DNA of 32,000 nucleotides from Candidatus Saccharimonadota bacterium (GTDB lineage Archaea; Nanobdellota; Nanobdellia; Pacearchaeales; GW2011-AR1): NCBI GenBank assembly GCA_026002795.1, contig BPGA01000001.1, positions 420,001 to 452,000 of the forward strand, read 5' to 3'. Shown piece by piece: positions 17,842 to 25,059 of this stretch (position 1 is its first letter; each line of letters starts with the position of its first letter). The notes under the pieces were generated by a model. It saw only the letters and a program-made list of their open reading frames with translations, ran no database searches and was not told where the DNA came from. The position numbers and the translations under genes were made by a program.

Positions 17842-19824
17842 TTATTGTTTTAGCCAGCTCAAGTCAAGAAAATCAGAATCAATAAGAAAGTACTTCAATT
17901 CTTTAAATCTTCCTGTTCCGTTAATATAGGTTTCTTCATAAATTGCTTTTGCTAGTTTCCTATCCGCCCAACGTGCTGTTGGACTGCCCACACAATAACC
18001 TAAATTAACTTGCATAATTGTATAATCACAAGGCATTTCAGTAGCATGACTACCGCCAAGAGCAACATGACCAACTTCGTGAGCAATTCCAAACTGATTG
18101 ACTAAATATCCATTATCTTTCACTTCTATGTCAATGTCACCTAAATCTACATAACCATCAAAAGGAGTTACTCGCTCAATTACTGATGCGAGTCCTCCAT
18201 TTATGTATCTTTTAGGCCAGATTCTTAAAATTCCAAAACCCTCTTTAAATATTTCTTCTGCAGTTTCAAAAATTCTAACCTGGCTTGTATCTTTGATATA
18301 TCCATTAAACCATGCACCTAAGTCGTTAGGATCAAGAAGCCTTGCTTTTAATGCTTCTGCTTGTTGCTGACTGAAAAATCCAGGATCTTCATTTGGACGA
18401 TAATACTGCTTTGATATAGCTATAAATTTAAATGGCTGATTTACATTTTTTTCAGTTCCTCTTATAGGCCACATTCCTGCTGCTCCAACCTCCATCCCAA
18501 ACTTTCTGAATTGTTCTGGAGTGATGCCTCTTTCAGCAAGTCCGTCATAAGGAACAACTCTCATTACAAGATTTGTAGCATCTTTTTTCGGCATTCTTAT
18601 TGTTCTTATATAGCTTGTTTCAACATTGTTTTCAATTCTTCTTGCCTGAATAAAAATATCTTGCTCTAAATCTTTAATTCTAAAAGGAAATTGTTTTTTG
18701 AAAGTGCCTGAATTGTCAACAACAATCCCTCCAATATAAGAAATTTCTTCTTCTGGCGGAAATGTTAAATCAGAATTTGAGCTGAAAACTTTAACAATTC
18801 CAGGCCATCGTTTGTGCTGTTCGTTGTCTTCTAAAACACCAGAAACATCAAGAAGATCATAAATTGTAGCTTTAATCTCTTTACTTGCAGTTCCTGCCTC
18901 ATTGCTTCCAAATAAAACTTCAATTGTGTAATCTCCAACTTTGTCCTCTAAACCTTTTATTTTAATGCTTCTTGATGACAAGTCAGAAGTTAAAGAAATT
19001 TTATCGCTGCTTGTTGTTATGCTAATATAAGGAACTGGATTATCTTCTGGATTTTTATCTGTTGGAAGAGGCAAAACTATTGTTTTTTCTGACTCCTCAT
19101 CAATATCTAAATTTAAAGAATCTGTATTTAGTTCAGGATTATAGTTTGGCACTTCAATGCTTTTTACTATAGAACTGTCTCTTCCAGCTCTCTGCCAGCT
19201 CACAATAAAATCATATTTTCCTTTTTGCTGGCTTGTGAAGATTTCATCATAAGTTCCTTCTTTAAGAGTGTCTTGTTTTATTAGCTGATTGTTTCTTAAG
19301 ATTTTTCGTAATGCCTTGCCTTCTAAATTTTTGATCGTAATACTGCTTTTTATGTCAACAAAATTCTCTAGAGAAAGCTGCTGAGAAACTTCTGGTACAG
19401 AAGAAAAAACAACAACACTGTCTTTTTTAGAATCTGAGGCATTTGATTTATCTTTTACATAAGCTGAAATATCATAAGTAATGCTTTCATGAGTTTGAGG
19501 AGCTTTCAATGAAATTAAAGTATCAAGAGGATTTTTACTGAAAACAACACTATCTTGAGTTGACCTGTTTTTTAAAACAACTTTATAATCAGCAATATCA
19601 GAAGCGCCATCAGGATCATCTGCACTTGCTGTAAGTTTAACTTCTAAAGGAGAGACTCCTGATTTTGGAGAGACAGAAAGGCTTACAGAAGGCGCTGAAT
19701 TTCTTTTTGTGTTGTTTCCATTATTTGGAGGTTCTGTCGGATGCTCACAAGAGCTTAGCAAGCTTAAAGCTAAAACTCCTCCTAAAGCAGCTTTTCTTAT
19801 TGTTTGATAAGCCTTTTTTATCAT
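17842..19824 (-). CDS. Predicted lipoprotein with a PKD-like domain and a C-terminal HExxH zinc-metalloprotease domain
   Basis: Signal peptide with lipobox (ALSLLSS|C, Cys26) and a Pro/Asn-rich linker. PKD-like segment SVSPKSGVSPLEVKLTASADDPDGASDIADYKV. HEVGHVALGGSH is encoded at about 18046..18081 (HEVGH itself at 18067..18081), followed by a candidate Met-turn (YTIMQ), so it is metzincin-like with a one-residue offset. Confidence 0.75.
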   Translation of the reverse strand: MIKKAYQTIRKAALGGVLALSLLSSCEHPTEPPNNGNNTKRNSAPSVSLSVSPKSGVSPLEVKLTASADDPDGASDIADYKVVLKNRSTQDSVVFSKNPLDTLISLKAPQTHESITYDISAYVKDKSNASDSKKDSVVVFSSVPEVSQQLSLENFVDIKSSITIKNLEGKALRKILRNNQLIKQDTLKEGTYDEIFTSQQKGKYDFIVSWQRAGRDSSIVKSIEVPNYNPELNTDSLNLDIDEESEKTIVLPLPTDKNPEDNPVPYISITTSSDKISLTSDLSSRSIKIKGLEDKVGDYTIEVLFGSNEAGTASKEIKATIYDLLDVSGVLEDNEQHKRWPGIVKVFSSNSDLTFPPEEEISYIGGIVVDNSGTFKKQFPFRIKDLEQDIFIQARRIENNVETSYIRTIRMPKKDATNLVMRVVPYDGLAERGITPEQFRKFGMEVGAAGMWPIRGTEKNVNQPFKFIAISKQYYRPNEDPGFFSQQQAEALKARLLDPNDLGAWFNGYIKDTSQVRIFETAEEIFKEGFGILRIWPKRYINGGLASVIERVTPFDGYVDLGDIDIEVKDNGYLVNQFGIAHEVGHVALGGSHATEMPCDYTIMQVNLGYCVGSPTARWADRKLAKAIYEETYINGTGRFKELKYFLIDSDFLDLSWLKQ

Positions 19825-19905
19825 ACTTTTTTAAGAAGAGTTGGATTTATAAATTTTTTCATTTGTTATCACTTTTTTAAGGTTACAAAAAATATTTTTA
19901 AAATT
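19825..19905. promoter_or_regulatory. 81-bp divergent promoter region with a central palindromic TATA-like box and two flanking 11-bp direct repeats
   Basis: TTTATAAA at 19847..19854. ACTTTTTTAAG occurs at 19825..19835 and again at 19871..19881. The region lies between the ATG of the lipoprotein gene (19824, minus) and the probable ATG of the C39-like gene (19906, plus). Confidence 0.35.
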
Positions 19906-21441
19906 ATGGGAATAATTCCATCAAATCCTCAAAGGATTAACAGATGGAATTTAATCCCTCCAAGCTGGAAAGCAGATGTAGATAAATCTCTTCTTAATGT
20001 GCTTTCATTAAATAGAAAATTCATAAAAAATCTAGAAAATGATGTTAGAAAAATATCTTTTCTTTCTCCAGAGGACTTTTTGAGTAACTTAATTTCTTCT
20101 TGGTATAATCATAATACTTTTTTTTCTTCCCTAATCCCTTTTTTGATTTCCTTACCCGAAGATGGGCATATAACACAACTGCAAGCTATTAGTATTCAAA
20201 AAATTCTTAATGATATGGGATTAGTTGATAGAATAACTCTTTTGCATTCATTAGCAATAAAACCTTTGCTTGAAAGAAATCACGAAATTGGATTTATCCC
20301 ATTTAATTCTTTTTACATTGATTATCTCTTAGACCATCATGATCTAGTCTGCTGTGATGCTAGTTTGGAGGATATAATCCAAAAATATCATGGGAATTCT
20401 GTAGAACTTTTTGAACAGAGAAAAAATAGAGGAATCCTGTCAAAAATTTTTTCCGGAATATCTGATGATCGTGAAAGAAAAGAATTAAGAAAGTTAAAAG
20501 AAAAAATGTTTTTAAGTGCGTTGTATGATTATTTCATTGATCGACCAAATAAAGTTAAAGCTCTTGTGAAAATATCTACAATAGATAATTTTGATGAATA
20601 TAGATTTTTGTATAATCTTGATGGAATAGAAGGATTTTATTTAAAAGATTATCTTATAAGAAATGGTCTTTTAGAAGATACACGATCTGAAATAGAAAAT
20701 TTATTAAATTACTTTGCTCTATTAAATGTAAGGATGGAAAGAACACCACAAGAGCAAGGGCTTAATTATAAAAAATTGCCTTTTTATGTACAATCAAGCA
20801 GGGTAAGTTGTGCATCAACGTGTGCAATGATGGTCTCTAATTTCTTTTACAGTGAAGATGTTTCAAAAGAAAGAGAAGACCAATTTCACTCTGCCGTTAA
20901 ATCTGCTTATCTAGAAGGTTGTCCTTTTTCCAAAATAGCTCTTACTTTATCTAGAATGTATCCTCAATTAAAGATTAGTCTTCATCACACAGATCCGAAC
21001 CTATTTGATATTGAAAAAGTAAGAAATTTATTTGGCGATTTGGGAATATTGGCAGTTAAAGAATACAAACAAACCGCAGAAGAAGCAGAAAAAAATGGTG
21101 TAACAATAGACATTCAAGAGGATATTGAAGAAGTTATACAAAAAACCCTTGATTATGGAGGAGTTTATATGGCAGCTACTAATCTTGGTGGAGGAGTTTT
21201 ACATTCTGAACTCATAGTTGGGAAAAATAAAACAAAATTTGCGGTTTATAATCCATTAAATGGAAATATAGAGTTAATAGATTGCCGAGAATTTAAGAAA
21301 AAGATGCAAACTCCTATAGGAGTATGGGGTATTAGCTTTATTGCCTTACCTGGAGAATCTAAAGAATATAAATCTTCGATTGAGTGGTTTAGAAAAAAAG
21401 ATGAAGAATTAAAAGATATGGGAATCATACTAAGCAAATAA
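19906..21441 (+). CDS. Soluble protein with an unknown helical N-terminal region (~290 aa) and a C-terminal papain-fold C39-like cysteine peptidase domain
   Basis: YVQSSRVSCASTCAMMVSNFFY matches the C39 Q-x5-C-x3-[CAS]-x-M pattern (oxyanion Gln plus catalytic Cys). Downstream, GVLHSELIVGKNKTKFAVYNPLNG matches the His ... [DN]P-x-G part of the triad. No TM or ABC domain. The track start at 19804 overlaps the divergent gene, so I prefer the ATG at 19906 (MGIIPSNPQ...). Confidence 0.7.
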   Translation: MGIIPSNPQRINRWNLIPPSWKADVDKSLLNVLSLNRKFIKNLENDVRKISFLSPEDFLSNLISSWYNHNTFFSSLIPFLISLPEDGHITQLQAISIQKILNDMGLVDRITLLHSLAIKPLLERNHEIGFIPFNSFYIDYLLDHHDLVCCDASLEDIIQKYHGNSVELFEQRKNRGILSKIFSGISDDRERKELRKLKEKMFLSALYDYFIDRPNKVKALVKISTIDNFDEYRFLYNLDGIEGFYLKDYLIRNGLLEDTRSEIENLLNYFALLNVRMERTPQEQGLNYKKLPFYVQSSRVSCASTCAMMVSNFFYSEDVSKEREDQFHSAVKSAYLEGCPFSKIALTLSRMYPQLKISLHHTDPNLFDIEKVRNLFGDLGILAVKEYKQTAEEAEKNGVTIDIQEDIEEVIQKTLDYGGVYMAATNLGGGVLHSELIVGKNKTKFAVYNPLNGNIELIDCREFKKKMQTPIGVWGISFIALPGESKEYKSSIEWFRKKDEELKDMGIILSK

Positions 21442-21446
21442 GGAGG
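21441..21446 (+). promoter_or_regulatory. Shine-Dalgarno-like AGGAGG, 5 nt upstream of the sORF ATG
   Basis: Read directly. It is one of only two intergenic AGGAGG hexamers I found by eye in the window (the other is at 604..609). Most genes here lack any SD. Confidence 0.45.
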
Positions 21447-21451
21447 AAAAA

Positions 21452-21499
21452 ATGGAAAGAAATCTTGACCTAGTTTTAGATTGTATCTGTACAACATAA
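21452..21499 (+). CDS. Candidate RiPP precursor sORF, 15 aa: MERNLDLVLDCICTT
   Basis: ATG 21452, TAA 21497..21499. It starts 10 nt after the C39-like gene stop and ends 40 nt before the YcaO gene. It is preceded by AGGAGG and followed by a GC hairpin plus T-run. The C-terminal Cys/Thr cluster (CICTT) is the residue type that YcaO enzymes modify. No upstream in-frame alternative start exists (in-frame stop at 21431). It is too short for statistical gene calling. Confidence 0.35.
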   Translation: MERNLDLVLDCICTT

Positions 21500-21507
21500 G
21501 TTTATTT

Positions 21508-21536
21508 TGGCCCTTTAATGGGCCATTTTATTTTTT
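21508..21536 (+). terminator. Hairpin (TGGCCC-TTTAAT-GGGCCA) followed by TTTTATTTTTT; candidate terminator or attenuator between the sORF and the YcaO gene
   Basis: Read directly: 6-bp perfect stem at 21508..21513 and 21520..21525, 6-nt loop, T-rich tract at 21526..21536. It is by far the most GC-rich element in this spacer. Confidence 0.4.
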
Positions 21537-21539
21537 AAG

Positions 21540-23318
21540 ATGATACTTGTTGTTAGAGGAATTGATAGTTATACTCCAATAAAGGAAATATTGGAAAATA
21601 CATATCAACCATATCATGTTTGTGATATTATAATTAAAGAACCACATAAAGGATACCCCATCAATAAAGAAATAGTAAAAAACTCTGTATCTTTTTACAA
21701 ACCAAGAATTATCTTTGGAAAATCTTACGGAAGTTGGATTGTTGCAGAGAGTATTGACGAAAATATTCCTATTTTTCTTTTTTCAATGCCTATAAAAGAC
21801 GGCGATAAAATATTTGGGTTTCCAAATATAAAAAACGTTAAAACAAATTTAATTTATAGTCTTGAGGATCCATATTTTGATAAAGAGATCATAGACAAAA
21901 ATAAGGATAAATACTCTAAGGTTCTTTTTTTAAGCGGTGACCATTCTTTAAGGCCTGTTAATCTGGATAAAATATCTAAGATTAAGAAATTTATTCTTGA
22001 TTCGTGCGGAACTAAAAATTTTAATAGCTTTTCTGAAGATTATCTGAATAAGAAAAAGAACGCTAGAGTTAGTATTGTAAAGAAGACAAATTTCTATGAA
22101 GAAGTACCTTTTAATAAGATAAGAAGTAAAGTTGATGAATCTTTAAAATTTGCTTTAAATAAAAATTATGGTCCTGTTACTAATATCGTTAAAAGAAAAT
22201 CCCCCGTTGAAAATTTGTTTGTTTATCAATCTAATATACTTGATACCTCAAAAGTTAATCCTCTGGTAAAAAACTCGGCTGCTACTGGCGGTATTGGTGT
22301 TAGTTATGATGAAAAAATAGCAATAAATAAATCTATTTTTGAAGCTTTAGAAAGATATTCTCTTACACTCTCAATAGTAGATTTTGTTGTTAAAAAATAT
22401 GATGAAATTCCTCATTTTCTTAGAGTAGACAAAAAAGAATTAGTTTTTCATACAAAATCTCAAATGAAAACACATAATCTAAGAGATGCTCTTAAGGAAA
22501 AAATTCATTGGACAGTAATACGAGACGCGTTTGATAACAAAGAAAAATTATATCCCGTTCAGCTAATTATACCAAATGATTTAGGTTATATGATTAGAGA
22601 AACCAGCTCTTCAGGTACTGCTCTTGGAAAAACAAAAGAACAAGCTTTAACACATGGGTTAAGGGAAGCAATTGAAAGAAATTCTTTAATGATGTGGTTT
22701 TACGGGTTATCTGAAGTTAAATCAAAAAAAATAGAGTTAAATAAAAGGAAAATGCCAAAAAAATTACTTAAAATTTACAATGATATATCAAAAAAAGGCT
22801 TTAAATTTAAAACTTATCTAATTGATTTTCATGGATTCAATACTGTATTTACGTTAGCTTTTAATGAAAATGAGTTATATATTGGCAGTTCTTGTGGGGG
22901 GTATAATGAAGCTATTTCTGGAGCACTTGAAGAAATAATCATTACAAGTTTTTTTGCTAAAACTCTTAGAGGAATAATTCCTAAAAAGCCAGAGGAAATT
23001 AAAAATCTACCGCAGCATTTCTTATATTATCAAGGGAAATTAAAATTTCAATTATTAAATTATCTTGATTCTATAAGCAAGGATAAGGTAAGGATAGATA
23101 GATCTAAATTTGACTATGTAAAAGCCTCAAAACTTCTCCAAAAAAAGGGTTATAATGTTTATTATAAGGATATAACTGCTCCAGAACTTAGAGGAAGATT
23201 TTTTGTTATTAAAGTTATAATTCCAGGTTTTCTTGATGTAATAAAAAACAATTCTTTATCTTGGGACGGTTATTATAAAATAAAGAAAAAGCCCAATCTT
23301 CCAACACCCTTTGCTTAG
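21540..23318 (+). CDS. YcaO-domain protein (ATP-dependent peptide-backbone-activating enzyme family) with an N-terminal alpha/beta-hydrolase-like extension
   Basis: YcaO motifs: GGIGVSYDEKIAINKSIFEALERYSL (SxxExxER), SSSGTALGKTKEQALTHGLREAIERNSLMMWFY (SxGxAxG...EAIER), SSCGGYNEAISGALEEI, RFFVIKVIIPG, and a Pro-rich C-terminus NLPTPFA. Residues 1-155 carry a GxSxG elbow (IIFGKSYGSW), an acidic site (SLEDPYFD) and LSGDHSL, arranged like a minimal Ser-Asp-His hydrolase. Confidence 0.85.
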   Translation: MILVVRGIDSYTPIKEILENTYQPYHVCDIIIKEPHKGYPINKEIVKNSVSFYKPRIIFGKSYGSWIVAESIDENIPIFLFSMPIKDGDKIFGFPNIKNVKTNLIYSLEDPYFDKEIIDKNKDKYSKVLFLSGDHSLRPVNLDKISKIKKFILDSCGTKNFNSFSEDYLNKKKNARVSIVKKTNFYEEVPFNKIRSKVDESLKFALNKNYGPVTNIVKRKSPVENLFVYQSNILDTSKVNPLVKNSAATGGIGVSYDEKIAINKSIFEALERYSLTLSIVDFVVKKYDEIPHFLRVDKKELVFHTKSQMKTHNLRDALKEKIHWTVIRDAFDNKEKLYPVQLIIPNDLGYMIRETSSSGTALGKTKEQALTHGLREAIERNSLMMWFYGLSEVKSKKIELNKRKMPKKLLKIYNDISKKGFKFKTYLIDFHGFNTVFTLAFNENELYIGSSCGGYNEAISGALEEIIITSFFAKTLRGIIPKKPEEIKNLPQHFLYYQGKLKFQLLNYLDSISKDKVRIDRSKFDYVKASKLLQKKGYNVYYKDITAPELRGRFFVIKVIIPGFLDVIKNNSLSWDGYYKIKKKPNLPTPFA

Positions 23319-23510
23319 AAATTCTGATAATTATATCAAAAGGAAACTTTATTCTACCTTCATTTTTTAGAATTTAAAATATGTTAAATTCTTCATAGTC
23401 AAGATAAAGGAAATAAAAGTCTCTCTTAGGGCATTTAAACTCTACAAATGACTTTTTTTAAAACACAAAATAGCCCCAAATAGCCTCTTTAAGCTGAAAT
23501 TCAAATTTAA

Positions 23511-24929
23511 TCAACCTTTTACAACAGCTAAAGGTTTTAGTCTTGCAACTAAGCTTCCAATACCAAGCTCATGAGAAACACGAACAACTTCATTAACATC
23601 TTTATAAGCTTCAGGAGCCTCTTCAATCATTCCTTTAATACTTCCTGCTTTAAATGCAACATTTTGCATTTCCATTTCTTTTTTTAAGTGTTCAGCAGAT
23701 ATGTTTCTTTTTGCATAAGCTCTTGAAAGAACCCTTCCTGCTCCGTGAGCAGTGCTTGCAAATGAAATTTCTTTTGCTTTGCTTGTTCCAACTAAAATAT
23801 AAGAATAAGTTCCCATACTTCCTGGAATAAAAATTGGCTGGCCTGTTTTTCTGTAGATGCTTGGGAGTTCATCTCTCTCAGGACCAAAACTTCTTGTCGC
23901 TCCTTTTCTATGCACACAAAGTTTCATTTTTTTTCCTTCAATATCAAATTCTTCAAATTTAGCTATGTTATGAGCTACATCATAAACAAGCTTTAAAATT
24001 ACATTAGGAAAATATTTTTTGAAGGATTTTCTAGTTTGGTGTGTTATTAAATGCCTATTACAGAAAGCGAAATTTGCAGAAGCAGACATTGCTTGAAGAT
24101 AATCCTGGCCAAGCTGGCTTTTTATAGGAGCACAAGCAAGCTCTCTATCAGGTAAATGACTCCAACCATACTCTTTTTCCATTTTTTTAATGTAATCAGA
24201 AGCTGTTTGATGTCCAAGACCTCTACTACCTGAATGAATTAAAACAGTTATTTGGCCTTCTTTTTCTAAACCAAAAACCCTTGCTTTTTTTTCGTCAAAA
24301 ATTTTTTCAACATATTGCACTTCTAAAAAATGATTTCCAGAACCAATTGTTCCGAGCTGATTTTTTCCTCTTGATTTTGCCTTTTGAGAGACTTTTTCAT
24401 GATTTGCATTTTTTATACAACCAGAATCTTCGCAATTCTCTATATCTTGTTTTTCTCCAAAACCTTTTTTAACAAGCCATTTTACTCCTTCTTCTAAAAT
24501 TTCATTTAGTTCTCTTTCTGAAAAAGAAAATTCTCCTTTATGGCCTACACCAGAAGGAATGTTTTTGTACAACTCTGACAAAACTTGCTCTCTTTTTTTT
24601 AGAAATTCTTCTTTTGTCAAGTTAGAAGAAAGAAGCCTTACTCCGCAATTTATATCATAACCAATCCCACCAGGACTTATAATTCCAGATTCAATATCAA
24701 AAGCAGCTACACCACCAACAGGAAAACCATAACCTTGATGAGCATCAGGCATTGCGATGCTAGCTTTTATTATTCCTTGTAACATAGCTACGTTTTTTAC
24801 TTGCTCTAGAGTCTTGTCTTGCTTTATTTTTTCAATTAAATTTTCAGAGGCAAAAACAATTCCTGGAACAAGCATTTTTCCGTGTTTAGGAATTTCATAG
24901 GTGTTTTCAGCTATTTTTTTTATTTCCAT
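23511..24929 (-). CDS. rtcB: RtcB RNA 3'-phosphate/2',3'-cyclic phosphate ligase (tRNA splicing ligase)
   Basis: Hallmark motifs MPDAHQGYGFPVGGVAA, GYDINCGVR, GSGNHFLEVQ, HSGSRGLGHQ, HGAGR. 472 aa, no intein. Confidence 0.95.
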   Translation of the reverse strand: MEIKKIAENTYEIPKHGKMLVPGIVFASENLIEKIKQDKTLEQVKNVAMLQGIIKASIAMPDAHQGYGFPVGGVAAFDIESGIISPGGIGYDINCGVRLLSSNLTKEEFLKKREQVLSELYKNIPSGVGHKGEFSFSERELNEILEEGVKWLVKKGFGEKQDIENCEDSGCIKNANHEKVSQKAKSRGKNQLGTIGSGNHFLEVQYVEKIFDEKKARVFGLEKEGQITVLIHSGSRGLGHQTASDYIKKMEKEYGWSHLPDRELACAPIKSQLGQDYLQAMSASANFAFCNRHLITHQTRKSFKKYFPNVILKLVYDVAHNIAKFEEFDIEGKKMKLCVHRKGATRSFGPERDELPSIYRKTGQPIFIPGSMGTYSYILVGTSKAKEISFASTAHGAGRVLSRAYAKRNISAEHLKKEMEMQNVAFKAGSIKGMIEEAPEAYKDVNEVVRVSHELGIGSLVARLKPLAVVKG

Positions 24930-25059
24930 TTTTTGTTTGGTTTTATTGTATGTTTAATCTTCACACGTGTTTAAGCTGTGTTTCTTAATAATTTAAGTTT
25001 TTTAAGTTAATAAGTTATTTGTTTTGAAGAAAATTTTTTTTTGAAATTATCAAAAAATG

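Noticed and set aside
19665-19905. Track ORF 19665..19880(+) and the 34-codon N-terminal extension (19804..19905) of the 545-aa ORF
   Set aside because: Both overlap the 5' end of the divergent lipoprotein gene and the shared promoter/TATA region. The extension is F/I-rich junk (MISLFYHTFLRRVGFINFFICYHFF). The ATG at 19906 leaves a sensible 81-bp divergent promoter.
21246-21497. Track ORF 21246..21497(-), 83 aa, overlapping the 3' end of the C39-like gene and the sORF region
   Set aside because: It is antisense to a motif-bearing domain (the His/Asn part of the peptidase), has no start context, and would run against the operon direction.
21452-21499. Reading the sORF as a canonical double-glycine (C39-cleaved) bacteriocin precursor
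   Set aside because: The peptide MERNLDLVLDCICTT has no GG/GA/GS site and no LSxxELxxIxGG-type leader. Any processing by the C39-like protein would have to be non-canonical, so I report the association without claiming that mechanism.
12803-23318. Interpreting the accessory block as a prophage or integrative mobile element
   Set aside because: I could recognise no integrase, transposase, capsid or terminase-like genes, and no tRNA target or flanking direct repeats.
24963-24970. Palindrome ACACGTGT in the archease-rtcB spacer
   Set aside because: It is only 8 bp and a single copy. It could be a regulator site near the rtcB promoter, but it is too short to distinguish from chance without comparative data.
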